The notes beneath the pieces were generated by a model that was not told the DNA's origin, ran no database searches, and saw only the letters and a list, made by a program, of their open reading frames with translations. Below are positions 1 through 9,530 of a DNA stretch of 64,000 bases, piece by piece. The stretch spans positions 17,974 to 81,973 of IMG/VR virus record IMGVR_UViG_2639762749_000010; one strand, 5' to 3'. A program made the position numbers and the translations under genes. Every line of letters starts with the position of its first letter. Position 1 is the first letter of the stretch. Origin of the DNA: a virus. Lineage: Duplodnaviria; Caudoviricetes.

Positions 1-196
1 CAACGTATTCAGCATTGACGCCTTCAAACATCGGGACAGTTTTAGCCGCAGCTAAGATACTATCGTAACGTTCTTGTGGATCGTCGATGAACACACCATC
101 CCTGAACTGTGCATGTGCTGCGAACGAAAGGACTTGTGCAGCGCGTTCATTTACGTCTTTCTGACGCTCTTTGAATTCTTTAATATTATTACTCAC
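1..196 (-). CDS. Major capsid protein, P1 gp23-like (5' part; runs off window)
   Basis: Hand translation from GTG at 196: MSNNIKEFKERQKDVNERAAQVLSFAAHAQFRDGVFIDDPQERYDSILAAAKTVPMFEGV, resembling the recalled P1 gp23 N-terminus. Confidence 0.75.
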   Translation of the reverse strand, partial: MSNNIKEFKERQKDVNERAAQVLSFAAHAQFRDGVFIDDPQERYDSILAAAKTVPMFEGVNAEYV

Positions 197-292
197 CGTA
201 ATGGCCCTTTTCAGAGTGCGAAGATACGGGAGTCAGCTTTTCGACGTGCTTAGGATAGGTTAACTACAATATCCTGCCATAATCCTAACGCC

Positions 293-793
293 GTGTTTTT
301 TTGTATTTTTTCCAAAAAAAATCATTTAGAATTTTCAGCAGTTAGTCTAATTGAGTTAATAGTAAATAAGGAAATTATGAGCTATCGCGTTTACCTGACA
401 TATGACAACGGTCGCCAGAGTCATCTATACTTCACACGCGACAGAAAGGTGATCCATCAACATATTGAATCCGTGTTGACCGATGCTGATTTGCGCGAAA
501 CAGCGAAAGAAATTGTGCTTGAATACAAAAATAGGCTCTTGTTTAGCTTCAGTATGCGTGATGTGGACGATAAAACGATGGGGAAGATCCCTTGGCCGAA
601 GTTGGGTAAGAAGCGCACCTTGAAAACCCCGAAAATTGCGTCTTTGTCGATGCCGACCCAGATGTATGCGTTCTTACAGGAAATAGGGGGAGGAAGTGCC
701 AGTAAGGGGATTCAGGAGATGTGTCTGGAAAAAATGGGCGATAAAGCCCCGATGGATGACATGTTTTACCATTGGCGTGATAGTTCATCATAA
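293..793 (+). CDS. Hypothetical protein (true start probably ATG 377)
   Basis: ORF; AAGGA precedes ATG 377; no family recognised. Confidence 0.55.
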   Translation: MFFCIFSKKNHLEFSAVSLIELIVNKEIMSYRVYLTYDNGRQSHLYFTRDRKVIHQHIESVLTDADLRETAKEIVLEYKNRLLFSFSMRDVDDKTMGKIPWPKLGKKRTLKTPKIASLSMPTQMYAFLQEIGGGSASKGIQEMCLEKMGDKAPMDDMFYHWRDSSS

Positions 794-997
794 GTGCGGG
801 CCGTTAATGGATAAATACTGCAACATGCTCGGCATGGCTCAGGATCACAGCGGATTGAACCGACAGACAAATCTTCCAGCCTAAAATACCGGCTATGATA
901 GAAATGCCCACATGATGATTCAGTTGGTATAGAGTTAACTTTCATGTGTTATATCTACAAAAGCAAATCAGAAAACAACAAAACGAAGGGGCTATAA

Positions 998-1273
998 ATG
1001 GAAGACAGGCTAAAATTTAAAGCGTTTATTCAGAGACATGACCCAGAGTTCGTTGAGTTTTGGGATTGGAAGGCCGGTAATCTTCTTAAAGAGAAAGTCG
1101 AAGAGAAGATAGATCTATTAAGCCCAGGTGAAAAACACATGCTTAAATTTTATCTTGGTGTTTGGACGCGTGATAATGAATATAATTTCGATTTTATTCA
1201 AGCCATGCGTTACCTCGATGACAAACATTCCTCTGCTATTCGTGAATGGGTGAATAACCCGATCTGGCCTTAA
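998..1273 (+). CDS. Hypothetical protein, paralog of the C-terminal domain of 15685..16215
   Basis: Shared EFWxW, LSxxEK, FxxxVWT, NFD and WxxxPxWP pattern. Confidence 0.7.
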   Translation: MEDRLKFKAFIQRHDPEFVEFWDWKAGNLLKEKVEEKIDLLSPGEKHMLKFYLGVWTRDNEYNFDFIQAMRYLDDKHSSAIREWVNNPIWP

Positions 1274-1341
1274 TAAGTTAGCTCAGGCTGAATCAGTCAT
1301 ATAGGGATCGGTTCCGGTAGGGGGCGATCCCGATTATTGCT

Positions 1342-1560
1342 TTATTTCTGAATCTTTCCCTCGTATCGACTCGGCCAGATTTCTGACGGATGCACGCCGA
1401 TATGTTCTGCAATGAGCCGCTGGCCTTTCGGATAGCGACGGTGTATAGCATTTTGTAACGTCGCTGAACTCAAACCAGATCGGCGTGATAACTCAGATAA
1501 ACTGATCCCTGTTTTGCGTACTGCGGCTACAATATCAGCGGGATGCCAATCACTCTTCAT
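1342..1560 (-). CDS. Ner/Nlp (SfsB)-family HTH regulator
   Basis: DWHPADIVAAVRK...SLSELSRRSGL...HPSEIWPSRY signature. Confidence 0.9.
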   Translation of the reverse strand: MKSDWHPADIVAAVRKTGISLSELSRRSGLSSATLQNAIHRRYPKGQRLIAEHIGVHPSEIWPSRYEGKIQK

Positions 1561-1841
1561 AATCAGCCCTTATTTTAGCGTCATTAATGAATATTCCAGA
1601 ATAAGTGTAGCCAGTAACCGATAAAATGGTAAAACGCCCATTTCCCCGAACGCCGCCTAAAGATAATGTAGAGATAAAATAGGTTTAAACAGCAGGGAAA
1701 TGCGAGTCGTTACCCATCGCATCTTGTTAAATTTTTCTGCCAAAAAGTCCATGAAATGAAAAAGGTCACATTGATATTATTTTCTACAATTGATATCTAT
1801 AAAAGAGTAAATCGATAGTAATACCTTAATTTTAGGCAGTT

Positions 1842-2249
1842 ATGGGAGATCTTATGGTTCATTCTATTTGTAGAAATGTAGGTGAACGTATCAGAAAACA
1901 GCGAAAAAAGAAGGGGGTAACAACCCAATATTTGGCTGAAAGAATGGGCCTTTCCCAACAGCAAGTAGCTAGGTTTGAGAAAGGGATCAATAAAATCAAT
2001 GTGGGTTATCTTGCTATAATCGCCCGTGAATTAAATACGCCTATTAGCTGGTTTTTTTCCGATTGTTATGCTGACTTAGAAGATAAAGATTTCCCTTCTA
2101 ATTTAGCAGGCAGTGAAACCAGTATTACTTCATATGAACTGGCGAAAGATGTAGAGCTAAAAGAACAAATTGATCAAATTTGGTCGAGATTAACATATAA
2201 GCAACGTCGAACTCTGATATTACGTTTGAATGAGTTACTCAATGACTAA
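1842..2249 (+). CDS. XRE-family HTH regulator, MrpJ-like
   Basis: VGERIRKQRK...GLSQQQVARFEKGINKI motif. Confidence 0.85.
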   Translation: MGDLMVHSICRNVGERIRKQRKKKGVTTQYLAERMGLSQQQVARFEKGINKINVGYLAIIARELNTPISWFFSDCYADLEDKDFPSNLAGSETSITSYELAKDVELKEQIDQIWSRLTYKQRRTLILRLNELLND

Positions 2250-2258
2250 TATCGGTAT

Positions 2259-2300
2259 TGCTGATTTTAGTATAAATACCAGTATTTATACTATCAGCAT
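2259..2300. terminator. Long hairpin between convergent genes
   Basis: TGCTGAttTTAGTATAAATAC-CA-GTATTTATACTATCAGCA inverted repeat. Confidence 0.55.
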
Positions 2301-2478
2301 AATTCTACTCATAGACATTGACAACCGAATAATCCTAATCTCAATGAGTACTAAATCAGGAACAAGATTTAGTACTTGTAGACACAACGGCTAATCAGTG
2401 CGTAGCCAGAGCTTTATAGAAATTAGGGTTGTCTTGGATGATAGCTAACACCTTTGCTGCGAGTCCTGTCGGAGACAG

Positions 2479-2778
2479 TTATAGCTTCGCATTCATCTCA
2501 TTTGTTCGTTGATTCTTACTATTACACTCTGCCAGCGACCGCCTAACTTTTTCCTTATAAACCACATTATCCCCCCAAAGCGCCGTGTTGTCGGCTGGTA
2601 GGGTACACATCACCGCTTTTATAGCGGGTGGTCGTTTAGTTTCCATCCGCTTTTCAACCACCATAACGCCGGTTGAAGTCGGCTGTGCGTTGGTGTTGCA
2701 ACCGGATAATGTCATCAGGCATACGCTGATTAGCGCACTGAGCATGAGCCAGCATGGTTTTAAATTGTCTGATAGCAC
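2479..2778 (-). CDS. Lipoprotein, probable o-spanin (P1 Mlp position)
   Basis: Lipobox LSGC; overlaps 3' end of an Rz-like gene; P1 synteny. Confidence 0.65.
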   Translation of the reverse strand: MLSDNLKPCWLMLSALISVCLMTLSGCNTNAQPTSTGVMVVEKRMETKRPPAIKAVMCTLPADNTALWGDNVVYKEKVRRSLAECNSKNQRTNEMNAKL

Positions 2779-3106
2779 TATTACTTTCCTCTTGTTGCTG
2801 CTTAATTTCTTTCTCTAAATTTTTCTGAGATTCTTCTAATTCAATTAACCGGTTATCGCGTGCGGCAATATCACCATTCAGGAGGCGTATATTTTCATTT
2901 TGAGAACCGATAACGGTTTTTAGGCTGTTATTCTCATTGGATAATACAGAATTAGCCTTATTTAGCGCTGTAACACTCTTTGTGAGGCTTTCGTATTTGC
3001 TGTAGGCAAGATATCCGCCAAGACAGAGAGCACCCAGTATCATGCCAATGCAGCCGAATTTGAGTGATTTTACGGTAGAAAATGGACTCATCCCGCCAAG
3101 TAACAT
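2654..3106 (-). CDS. Probable i-spanin (P1 PpfA position)
   Basis: N-terminal TM segment, coiled coil, C-terminal CANQRMPDDIIRL typical of Rz/LysB-like proteins. Confidence 0.65.
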   Translation of the reverse strand: MLLGGMSPFSTVKSLKFGCIGMILGALCLGGYLAYSKYESLTKSVTALNKANSVLSNENNSLKTVIGSQNENIRLLNGDIAARDNRLIELEESQKNLEKEIKQQQEESNSAIRQFKTMLAHAQCANQRMPDDIIRLQHQRTADFNRRYGG

Positions 3107-3114
3107 GATGGCTC

Positions 3115-3861
3115 CTATGACAATGCCGAAATGACAGATGCAGGCGTCACTGCTTTTAAGGCATCAACCATGACAGGGCTTTCAATCAAACCGGAAATGA
3201 TTGAAACGCTGACGGCATCACTAAAGGATTTTTGCGCGTGATTGGCAGAATCATTAGCCTGAGTTGCTAATCGATTAATGGCCTCCGTTGCTTTATTCAG
3301 GCTGTCCAGCGAACGTGCTAATGCTTCGGCGGCGTGGTTAAGCCTGCTCGTCTGCTCGTCAGTCAGTCTTGAAACAAGACCACCAGCCCCAAGGCTATTA
3401 GCCAAGATTGGATTGATCTCATCCATTGCCGCCTTGATATCGCCAGTTTGGATGCCTGCAACAAGCTGGTTTTGTACGGTGGTGATTTCGGTATCAGCAA
3501 TAGCCTCAATCAAATGAAATGGGGTACTGTCAGGTAAAAGGTTGCCTTTTAAATAACATGTCCAGCCAATCCGCATTTGGATCAATTGGGACGGATTTTG
3601 ATAGCTATTGATTGCATTATGGAAAGCATTTGCCGCGTTTGCAGAAACCGTTAATTTGCCGATGGCATCAGTGATCTTGCTCAAGGCGTGAGTTACTGAC
3701 GCTGGATAGGTCGTTTCCTTCTTCACGAGTTTACGAAGCGATGAGGCTTTTTCGATGGCACTGGCTGCTGTCGATTTGGATATGGTCAGTGCGGCTGGTG
3801 GGTGTAGTCCTTCAGCGCCCAACGCCCTGAATGCGGCGATTTGTTTTTCATTGTCTAACAT
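3115..3861 (-). CDS. P1 UpfB-like protein
   Basis: Size, synteny between PAAR and spanin genes, N-terminal resemblance to recalled P1 protein. Confidence 0.55.
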   Translation of the reverse strand: MLDNEKQIAAFRALGAEGLHPPAALTISKSTAASAIEKASSLRKLVKKETTYPASVTHALSKITDAIGKLTVSANAANAFHNAINSYQNPSQLIQMRIGWTCYLKGNLLPDSTPFHLIEAIADTEITTVQNQLVAGIQTGDIKAAMDEINPILANSLGAGGLVSRLTDEQTSRLNHAAEALARSLDSLNKATEAINRLATQANDSANHAQKSFSDAVSVSIISGLIESPVMVDALKAVTPASVISALS

Positions 3862-3862
3862 A

Positions 3863-4168
3863 TTAACTCACCTTAAAAGAAGCGTCCCCAGACACCACAA
3901 CAGAGCCACACGAAACCGGATCATCAACACAACAAATGGCTTTCCCGTTCACCGTAAACCACGGTCTTGTGCTGATGGCTGTTCCATTATGCGTACTGTT
4001 ACTATCAGAGTGATCAGGAAATACATTCCCGTCTACAAGCACAGGAATACCATTGATTTTTACCAGAGCTTCACCTTCAGATGAAGGGCGGGGCGGAAAT
4101 CCACCGTGCCCGGAACAAATCGAATTCTGAGTACCAACGGCTGACATGTTTAACCTTCCATAAAACAA
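3863..4168 (-). CDS. PAAR-domain spike tip protein (start probably ATG 4147)
   Basis: CSGHGGFPPRP...VKING...H...DPVSCGS PAAR motifs. Confidence 0.9.
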   Translation of the reverse strand: MFYGRLNMSAVGTQNSICSGHGGFPPRPSSEGEALVKINGIPVLVDGNVFPDHSDSNSTHNGTAISTRPWFTVNGKAICCVDDPVSCGSVVVSGDASFKVS

Positions 4169-5007
4169 ATGAGATCGCTTATTGCACCACGAGTTGCACT
4201 TTTACAACTTATCGTTCTGCGCGCATTGAGCGGATGTATTTTGAATCTCAGGGACTCGTACATTTCACGGATTTTTGGCGCTGAACTATTGGTCATGACG
4301 ATATGCGCCCCACGTTGATGAGCATGAACCAGTTCGTTTGCCAGTGTGCATTGATCTTGGAATGTGAATCCACCCGCGACATAGTTTGTGAATCCGGTCG
4401 TGTCTGGCAGGGGTTCATAGGGCGGATCGCAAAATATCACATCTCCGGCCCCGGCACGGCGGATCGTGTCACTATAGTGGGCATGGGAAAATTCACAGCG
4501 GGGCGCAATGGAGGCAAAATGCGTTAGCTCCGCTTTAGGGAAATAAGGCGGTTTTTTGTAACGGCCATAGGCAACGTTATATTTTCCGTTTCGGTTATAT
4601 CGGGTCAATCCGTTAAAACAGTGGCGGTTTAAGTACAAAAACGCCGCTGCCCGTTCCAATGATGTATAGCTCATGGCATTGAATTTTGCCCGCACATCCA
4701 GAAAGGCTTCTTGACTCTTGTTTTGCTTAAAAAAGCACTCTGCTTTATCGATCAGCACTTCATTGCTGGTGGTGGCTACCTGATAGAGATTAATCAGATC
4801 ACGGTTAATATCTGCCAGTAGGTAACGCTCAAACCCCCCCGCATTCAGGAACACAGAGCCACCCCCGACAAAGGGCTCAATCAGGCGATTCCGGTGGGGC
4901 AAACGATGAAGGATTTGCTTGAGTACAGCATATTTTCCCCCCGCCCACTTCAGAAAAGGGCGATTGTATTCATTCACGGCTGGTTTACACATTGTCCTTC
5001 CCTGCAT
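4150..5007 (-). CDS. dam: Dam-family DNA adenine methyltransferase
   Basis: FLKWAGGK, EPFVGGGSV, YLNRHCFNGL and DPPY motifs. Confidence 0.95.
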   Translation of the reverse strand: MQGRTMCKPAVNEYNRPFLKWAGGKYAVLKQILHRLPHRNRLIEPFVGGGSVFLNAGGFERYLLADINRDLINLYQVATTSNEVLIDKAECFFKQNKSQEAFLDVRAKFNAMSYTSLERAAAFLYLNRHCFNGLTRYNRNGKYNVAYGRYKKPPYFPKAELTHFASIAPRCEFSHAHYSDTIRRAGAGDVIFCDPPYEPLPDTTGFTNYVAGGFTFQDQCTLANELVHAHQRGAHIVMTNSSAPKIREMYESLRFKIHPLNARRTISCKSATRGAISDLICFMEG

Positions 5008-5920
5008 TCAGCAAGCCACCCATGGCATTAAAAATGATGTTGTAGGCAATGCGTAGCTCATTCACCATTAAGATGAAATCTGCGTATTCGCGGGATAACT
5101 CGTCTTCTTCAGCATTATTTTGCGTTGAAAATTCATCACCAAACTGGAGTTTTTTGAATTTGCATGAATCGGTGAGTTCTAAATCAAATCCGAATTGCGT
5201 CTTAACATGAATGCCAAGTGTGCAAACCTGACGGCCTTGATCTAACAGGATGGATACGGCTTCATCGTTGGTCAGCATATCTTCTTTGTTGAAACGGACT
5301 TCCCCATCGTCATAAATCAGATCGGCTTTTTTTATCTTTTCACTGAGGCGTAATTGGGCCGGAAGGGTATCCGCCTCTTTTAACCAGCCAGTCATCACCC
5401 GTTTAAATGGATTTGCGGTTGCAATAGGGATAACAGGCAGTGAGCCAAGTGTGCGGCGCAAAAGTGCGAGTACATGCTCCGCTGTACGGGGGGAGGTGGT
5501 ATCTATTGAGATTAAACCGTTATCAATGTCAATCCATATTTGAAGGGTACTTCGCTTCGGGAATGCACGAGGTAACAGTTCCTGGATAACGTCATCTTTG
5601 ATTTGAGCTATTTCAGTACGGCGTAACTTGCGACATTGCACAGACTCGAATTTATCACGCTTTGCATGAAGGTGTTCTTTGATAATTGCGGCTGGGAGGT
5701 CTTTACTCTCTCTCTCGGCCACAATAAGCAGGTTATTGCCGTGAACAAACATCGCTGGACGATCATCATCCATCAACCAGCCGATACGGGAAGCATCATG
5801 CGGGCCACAAGGAGAAAAAGCAAAATGCGGAATAAGGGCACGTAATTCATCTTCAGTGAGGTTTGGCACTTCTCGTGATAACTGGTAGATGAGCGCGTTT
5901 TTAAAAACCTTGAACATCAA
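4985..5920 (-). CDS. rdgC: Recombination-associated protein RdgC (P1 HrdC)
   Basis: FKNALIYQL...FSPCG...ELLPRAF...LLRRTLGSLPV RdgC motifs. Confidence 0.9.
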   Translation of the reverse strand: MMFKVFKNALIYQLSREVPNLTEDELRALIPHFAFSPCGPHDASRIGWLMDDDRPAMFVHGNNLLIVAERESKDLPAAIIKEHLHAKRDKFESVQCRKLRRTEIAQIKDDVIQELLPRAFPKRSTLQIWIDIDNGLISIDTTSPRTAEHVLALLRRTLGSLPVIPIATANPFKRVMTGWLKEADTLPAQLRLSEKIKKADLIYDDGEVRFNKEDMLTNDEAVSILLDQGRQVCTLGIHVKTQFGFDLELTDSCKFKKLQFGDEFSTQNNAEEDELSREYADFILMVNELRIAYNIIFNAMGGLLNAGKDNV

Positions 5921-6018
5921 AGTGATACCTATTTAGCCATTTGGGTATCGATTGTAACAAAAATAAAAAAGTATTTAGAATTTTGTGTAATGGTAAAACA
6001 CATAACCATTTTCTTACA

Positions 6019-6073
6019 GTTTACATCTTGTAAACCATGACGCTCAGTGTTACAGTGTTTACATTATGTAAAC
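6019..6073. promoter_or_regulatory. Two palindromic operators upstream of higBA
   Basis: GTTTACATCTTGTAAAC (6019-6035) and GTTTACATTATGTAAAC (6057-6073). Confidence 0.65.
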
Positions 6074-6086
6074 GGAGTGGGTGGGT

Positions 6087-6333
6087 ATGCACGTTATTTC
6101 CAAGGAGCCATTTGATAAAGAATTTTGATAGTCCTATGGAGCTACAAAAACTGTTTCCTCGCCTTGATAATTTTAAATACAGAAATAAATGGTGGGTAAT
6201 AGACATAGGTGGGAACAACTTACGTATGATCGCCTATATCAATTTCACAAATAAACGCTTCTACGTTAAGCACATAGCCACCCACAAAGAGTATGATAAA
6301 TTAACAAAGAAATATCGGGAGACAAAAGAATGA
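6087..6333 (+). pseudogene. higB: HigB toxin with internal deletion/frameshift
   Basis: ATG 6087 gives the typical start MHVISKEPFD then stops; the rest (LDNFKYRNKWWVIDIGGNNLR...HKEYDK) is in another frame. Confidence 0.75.
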
Positions 6334-6749
6334 TAAGAGAACCTGCCAAAGCCATTCAAGCAGCTACAGCCTTGGTTGCCGCTATTCCCTTTTTAGGAAA
6401 TAGCGCTTCTGAAAATGACTACAGAGATGCGCTGGCAATGGTTGAATATCTCATCGAAAATGATGCTGAGAGTCCATTGATCGATATATTGGCTGCAAAA
6501 ATAGCGGAGTATGAAAACAATAGCGAACATTTTGCTGAGTTTAACAAAGCAGTTGAAAATATGCCTACTGGCGTAGCTGCTTTGCGTGTATTGATGGATC
6601 AGCATGGCCTGTCGTACTCAGATTTGAAAAAAGAGATTGGCTCAAAATCACTTATCAGCCAAATTTTTTCTGGCAAACGCTCATTAACTATTGCACATAT
6701 TAAGGCACTTTCCGAACGTTTTGATGTGAAGCCAGATATCTTTCTCTGA
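6330..6749 (+). CDS. higA: HigA antitoxin
   Basis: LRVLMDQHGL...EIGSKSLISQIFSGKRSLTIAHIKALSERF; overlaps higB stop. Confidence 0.9.
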   Translation: MIREPAKAIQAATALVAAIPFLGNSASENDYRDALAMVEYLIENDAESPLIDILAAKIAEYENNSEHFAEFNKAVENMPTGVAALRVLMDQHGLSYSDLKKEIGSKSLISQIFSGKRSLTIAHIKALSERFDVKPDIFL

Positions 6750-6785
6750 GAGAAGATAAGCCTTAAATAAGCAGGAGAAAAAATT

Positions 6786-7037
6786 ATGACTAAAAATGAA
6801 AAGCAGTTTGTTGAAGATATGATTCGCCAGCGCGGTATAGACTTTGTGCGTATTGGCATGATGGTCGAGGTGTATGGTGATATTGGGACTATTACCGGTA
6901 TGAATAGTAGTGCAAACCTTGATGTTGTTTTTGCTAATCAACAGAAATATGGCAAGCACTCGCATAACTGCCACCCTACAGCCAATATTAAATATTTTGA
7001 TAATCAAGGTAAGGTCATTGCCTCTTATCCTGAATAA
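6786..7037 (+). CDS. Hypothetical phage protein
   Basis: ORF with GGAG RBS. Confidence 0.6.
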   Translation: MTKNEKQFVEDMIRQRGIDFVRIGMMVEVYGDIGTITGMNSSANLDVVFANQQKYGKHSHNCHPTANIKYFDNQGKVIASYPE

Positions 7038-7187
7038 ATCCCTATTAGCGGTGACTTCCCCCTGAGATTTTATTGTCGTTTTGCCGCCTTATTCAGAAAA
7101 AAATCACCGGTCGAGTATCGACAAAGTTGACACTTAAAATTACAATTGATAGTGTATCTTCATTGTTGATACATTGAGGGTTTAAAA

Positions 7188-7433
7188 ATGGCACAAGTAG
7201 TCGTGAAAAAATGGGGCAACAGCCCATCAGTACGCCTTCCGGTAGCTATCATGCAAGCTGCCTCACTAAATGTTGATGATATTGTTGATATTGCTGTCGA
7301 AGATGGGCGAATTATTATTATTCCAGTAAAGGCGAAAGAGTATTCTCTCGATACGCTATTAGCCGGAATCACACCGGAAAACATTCATGAAAAAATGGAT
7401 TTTGGTTTTCCAGTGGGTAAGGAATTGATCTGA
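7188..7433 (+). CDS. mazE: MazE (AbrB-fold) antitoxin
   Basis: VKKWGNSPSVRLP...YSLDTLLAGITPENIH. Confidence 0.93.
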   Translation: MAQVVVKKWGNSPSVRLPVAIMQAASLNVDDIVDIAVEDGRIIIIPVKAKEYSLDTLLAGITPENIHEKMDFGFPVGKELI

Positions 7434-7765
7434 TGGTTTCTCGTTTTGTGCCCGATTCCGGCGATATTATCTGGATTGACTTTGATCCAGTGACTGGACA
7501 CGAACAGGGAGGCCATCGCCCCGCAGTAGTGCTGAGTCCATTTGCATATAACAATAAAGTGGGGTTACTCCTCTGTGTTCCTTGCACCACAAAGGCAAAA
7601 AACTATCCTTTTGAAGTTGAACTGTCAGGAAGCCGTGATAGTGTCGCCTTAGCCGACCAAGTAACATGCGTTGATTGGCGAGCCAGAACAGTGACAAAGA
7701 AAGGTCATGTTAATTCTTCAGAACTGGAAGACATAAGAGCTAAAGCAAAAGCGCTTATCGGATAA
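7433..7765 (+). CDS. mazF: MazF endoribonuclease toxin
   Basis: VSRFVPDSGDIIWIDFDP..GHEQGGHRPAVVLSP. Confidence 0.95.
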   Translation: MVSRFVPDSGDIIWIDFDPVTGHEQGGHRPAVVLSPFAYNNKVGLLLCVPCTTKAKNYPFEVELSGSRDSVALADQVTCVDWRARTVTKKGHVNSSELEDIRAKAKALIG

Positions 7766-7879
7766 CGGGGTTTTTTATACCGGCTGACAAATGCGGGAGA
7801 AATAGGAGGGTTGACGCTCAGTGGAACGTCAACCCCTATCTGAATGGCGGGTAATGCTTCAATATGGGGTCATTAACTT

Positions 7880-8488
7880 TCATTGCGAAAAACTGAACGC
7901 GGGTGCTTTCGCTCTGAATCCCGCCGCACTCTCAACGATGACTTCCCCCTGAGATTTTATTGTCGTTTTGCCGCCTACATTCAGAAAAAAATCACCGGTA
8001 GCATGGTGGAATACATCACCGGCTTCATTCATCCCTATACACGCCCCGCTTGCCATATTGGTAATCGATATACCGCCACCAGCGGTATGGATAACAAGTA
8101 AGTTATTGCGCTTATACACGAAGTCTTTTGTGGGCGATAAAGCCGGCAGGGGCGGGGCACCTTCAACGGCTGGGGGGTCATAGGCTCCGCTTTGACCGGA
8201 TGCTTCCGGGGCGACGTTCGGGATACCATTGGGGGCATCCTGTGCTGCACCGGTGATCATTGGGTAGCGACTGTCGCCCCCATAGGGAAACTCAACCCAC
8301 ACCAGATCGCCTGTCACGGCGGGGGTAAATGCACCGCCAATTGACAGGCGATACTCAGCCCACGGCAAAGCATCATCGGGCACACCCTCCCATAATGGTA
8401 ACAGCTTCACTTTTGCTTTCATGAGCCCCGCTGGGTGCTCTGTAGCGACGATGATGGCCCGATGACTACCATAGATAGCATTATTCAC
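7880..8488 (-). CDS. Baseplate spike protein (P1 gp5-like)
   Basis: LPWA...GDLVWVEF..GD OB-fold spike motif; P1 synteny. Confidence 0.75.
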   Translation of the reverse strand: MNNAIYGSHRAIIVATEHPAGLMKAKVKLLPLWEGVPDDALPWAEYRLSIGGAFTPAVTGDLVWVEFPYGGDSRYPMITGAAQDAPNGIPNVAPEASGQSGAYDPPAVEGAPPLPALSPTKDFVYKRNNLLVIHTAGGGISITNMASGACIGMNEAGDVFHHATGDFFLNVGGKTTIKSQGEVIVESAAGFRAKAPAFSFSQ

Positions 8489-9530
8489 TGGGAACCCCCA
8501 AAATCATTCTGGTGCTGTAGGCAACACGTTCTTCAAACTGCGTCACGCGCTCCACAATCATATTCTTGGGTATCGATTCATCAATGCGGTTATCAGGATC
8601 ATAACGATGAATAACCACTTGTATGACGGAACCCGCCTGAATCGCGGGATTTCCCGCACATTCAATGTCTAACTTTGGGATCAGAACCCGCCCCATGTTT
8701 TGCAGTGTCCCTAATTCTGCATCAGATACCATTTTCACCGGCAGTGAAGCATCCCCGAATGAACGATAGCCATCCGTCATGGAATAACCGACATAACGAT
8801 GCTGCTTTGACGCTGTAACCGCGAAATCTGAATTAAGGTTTCTCAGCTTTGTTATGCGGTACTTCGCTTGGGGATTGTTGTACTCGTATGTGAAAGCGGG
8901 TTTTGTTTTGATAAGGTTACTCATCGACTTCAAATGGATTTTACCTCTGGCCGTCCATGCCAACGCACCATGATCTTTTGCCACTTGTCGAACCAGGGTG
9001 GCAGGTTTTTGCCCCATGTTTAAATGATAGGTTCCAAGGCGGTTAAAGGGCTCAGTCACCGGCTTTAACCCTTTTGCCAGCGTGCGAATAATCTTCTCTG
9101 GTTCAGCATCGGCAAAAAAACGGGGAGTGCCGGTGGGGATCAGAAGAGTCCGCATAGCCGTAGAGATGCTGGTGATTGTCACGGTATCCATATTGAGTGG
9201 GGCAGAAACGATATAGAAATCCTCTTTAAATAATGCCTGTTCCCCTCCGGGATCGCCAAGCGTGACCGTGATCACTGCACCTTCTTTTACACCCATGTTA
9301 TCCAGAACGTAGCCGGTCACATCACGGATATTCAGTAGTAAAAGTGGGGCTGCTAATTTGGCAATTTCTATATACGCTACGGAGGTGACAGATTCTCGCG
9401 GTAATACCTCACCGTTGATCTCAATAGTCTGTAAAAGAAACTGATTAGATTGCTGTGCCATGACTGTCTCTGCGTATTGTCTGTGGTGCGGTGGTGACGA
9501 CGGTTTTCTCAATCTGTGGAACAACGGCAT
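8481..9530 (-). CDS. Baseplate hub/tail protein (P1 gp6-like; start probably ATG 9461)
   Basis: Size and position in gp26-25-7-24-6-5 order. Confidence 0.6.
   Translation of the reverse strand: MPLFHRLRKPSSPPHHRQYAETVMAQQSNQFLLQTIEINGEVLPRESVTSVAYIEIAKLAAPLLLLNIRDVTGYVLDNMGVKEGAVITVTLGDPGGEQALFKEDFYIVSAPLNMDTVTITSISTAMRTLLIPTGTPRFFADAEPEKIIRTLAKGLKPVTEPFNRLGTYHLNMGQKPATLVRQVAKDHGALAWTARGKIHLKSMSNLIKTKPAFTYEYNNPQAKYRITKLRNLNSDFAVTASKQHRYVGYSMTDGYRSFGDASLPVKMVSDAELGTLQNMGRVLIPKLDIECAGNPAIQAGSVIQVVIHRYDPDNRIDESIPKNMIVERVTQFEERVAYSTRMILGVPSE

Larger units (their letters stand above)
7052..7999 (+). repeat. About 60-bp direct repeat (7052-7111 and 7939-7999) bracketing mazEF
   Basis: TGACTTCCCCCTGAGATTTTATTGTCGTTTTGCCGCCT...ATTCAGAAAAAAATCACCGGT occurs twice. 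Confidence 0.9.

Noticed and set aside
250-290. ATCCTGCC/ATCCTAA motif near gp23 and near lydA (about 63340-63368) as an Lpa late-promoter element
   Set aside because: Only two loose copies with inconsistent orientation and spacing
2459-2470. GCGAGTCCTGT shared with about 63654
   Set aside because: An 11-nt match can occur by chance in 64 kb; no shared structure established
6037-6333. Intact 98-aa HigB as given in the ORF track
   Set aside because: The authentic HigB start (6087) is in a different frame, and the track N-terminus runs through operator DNA
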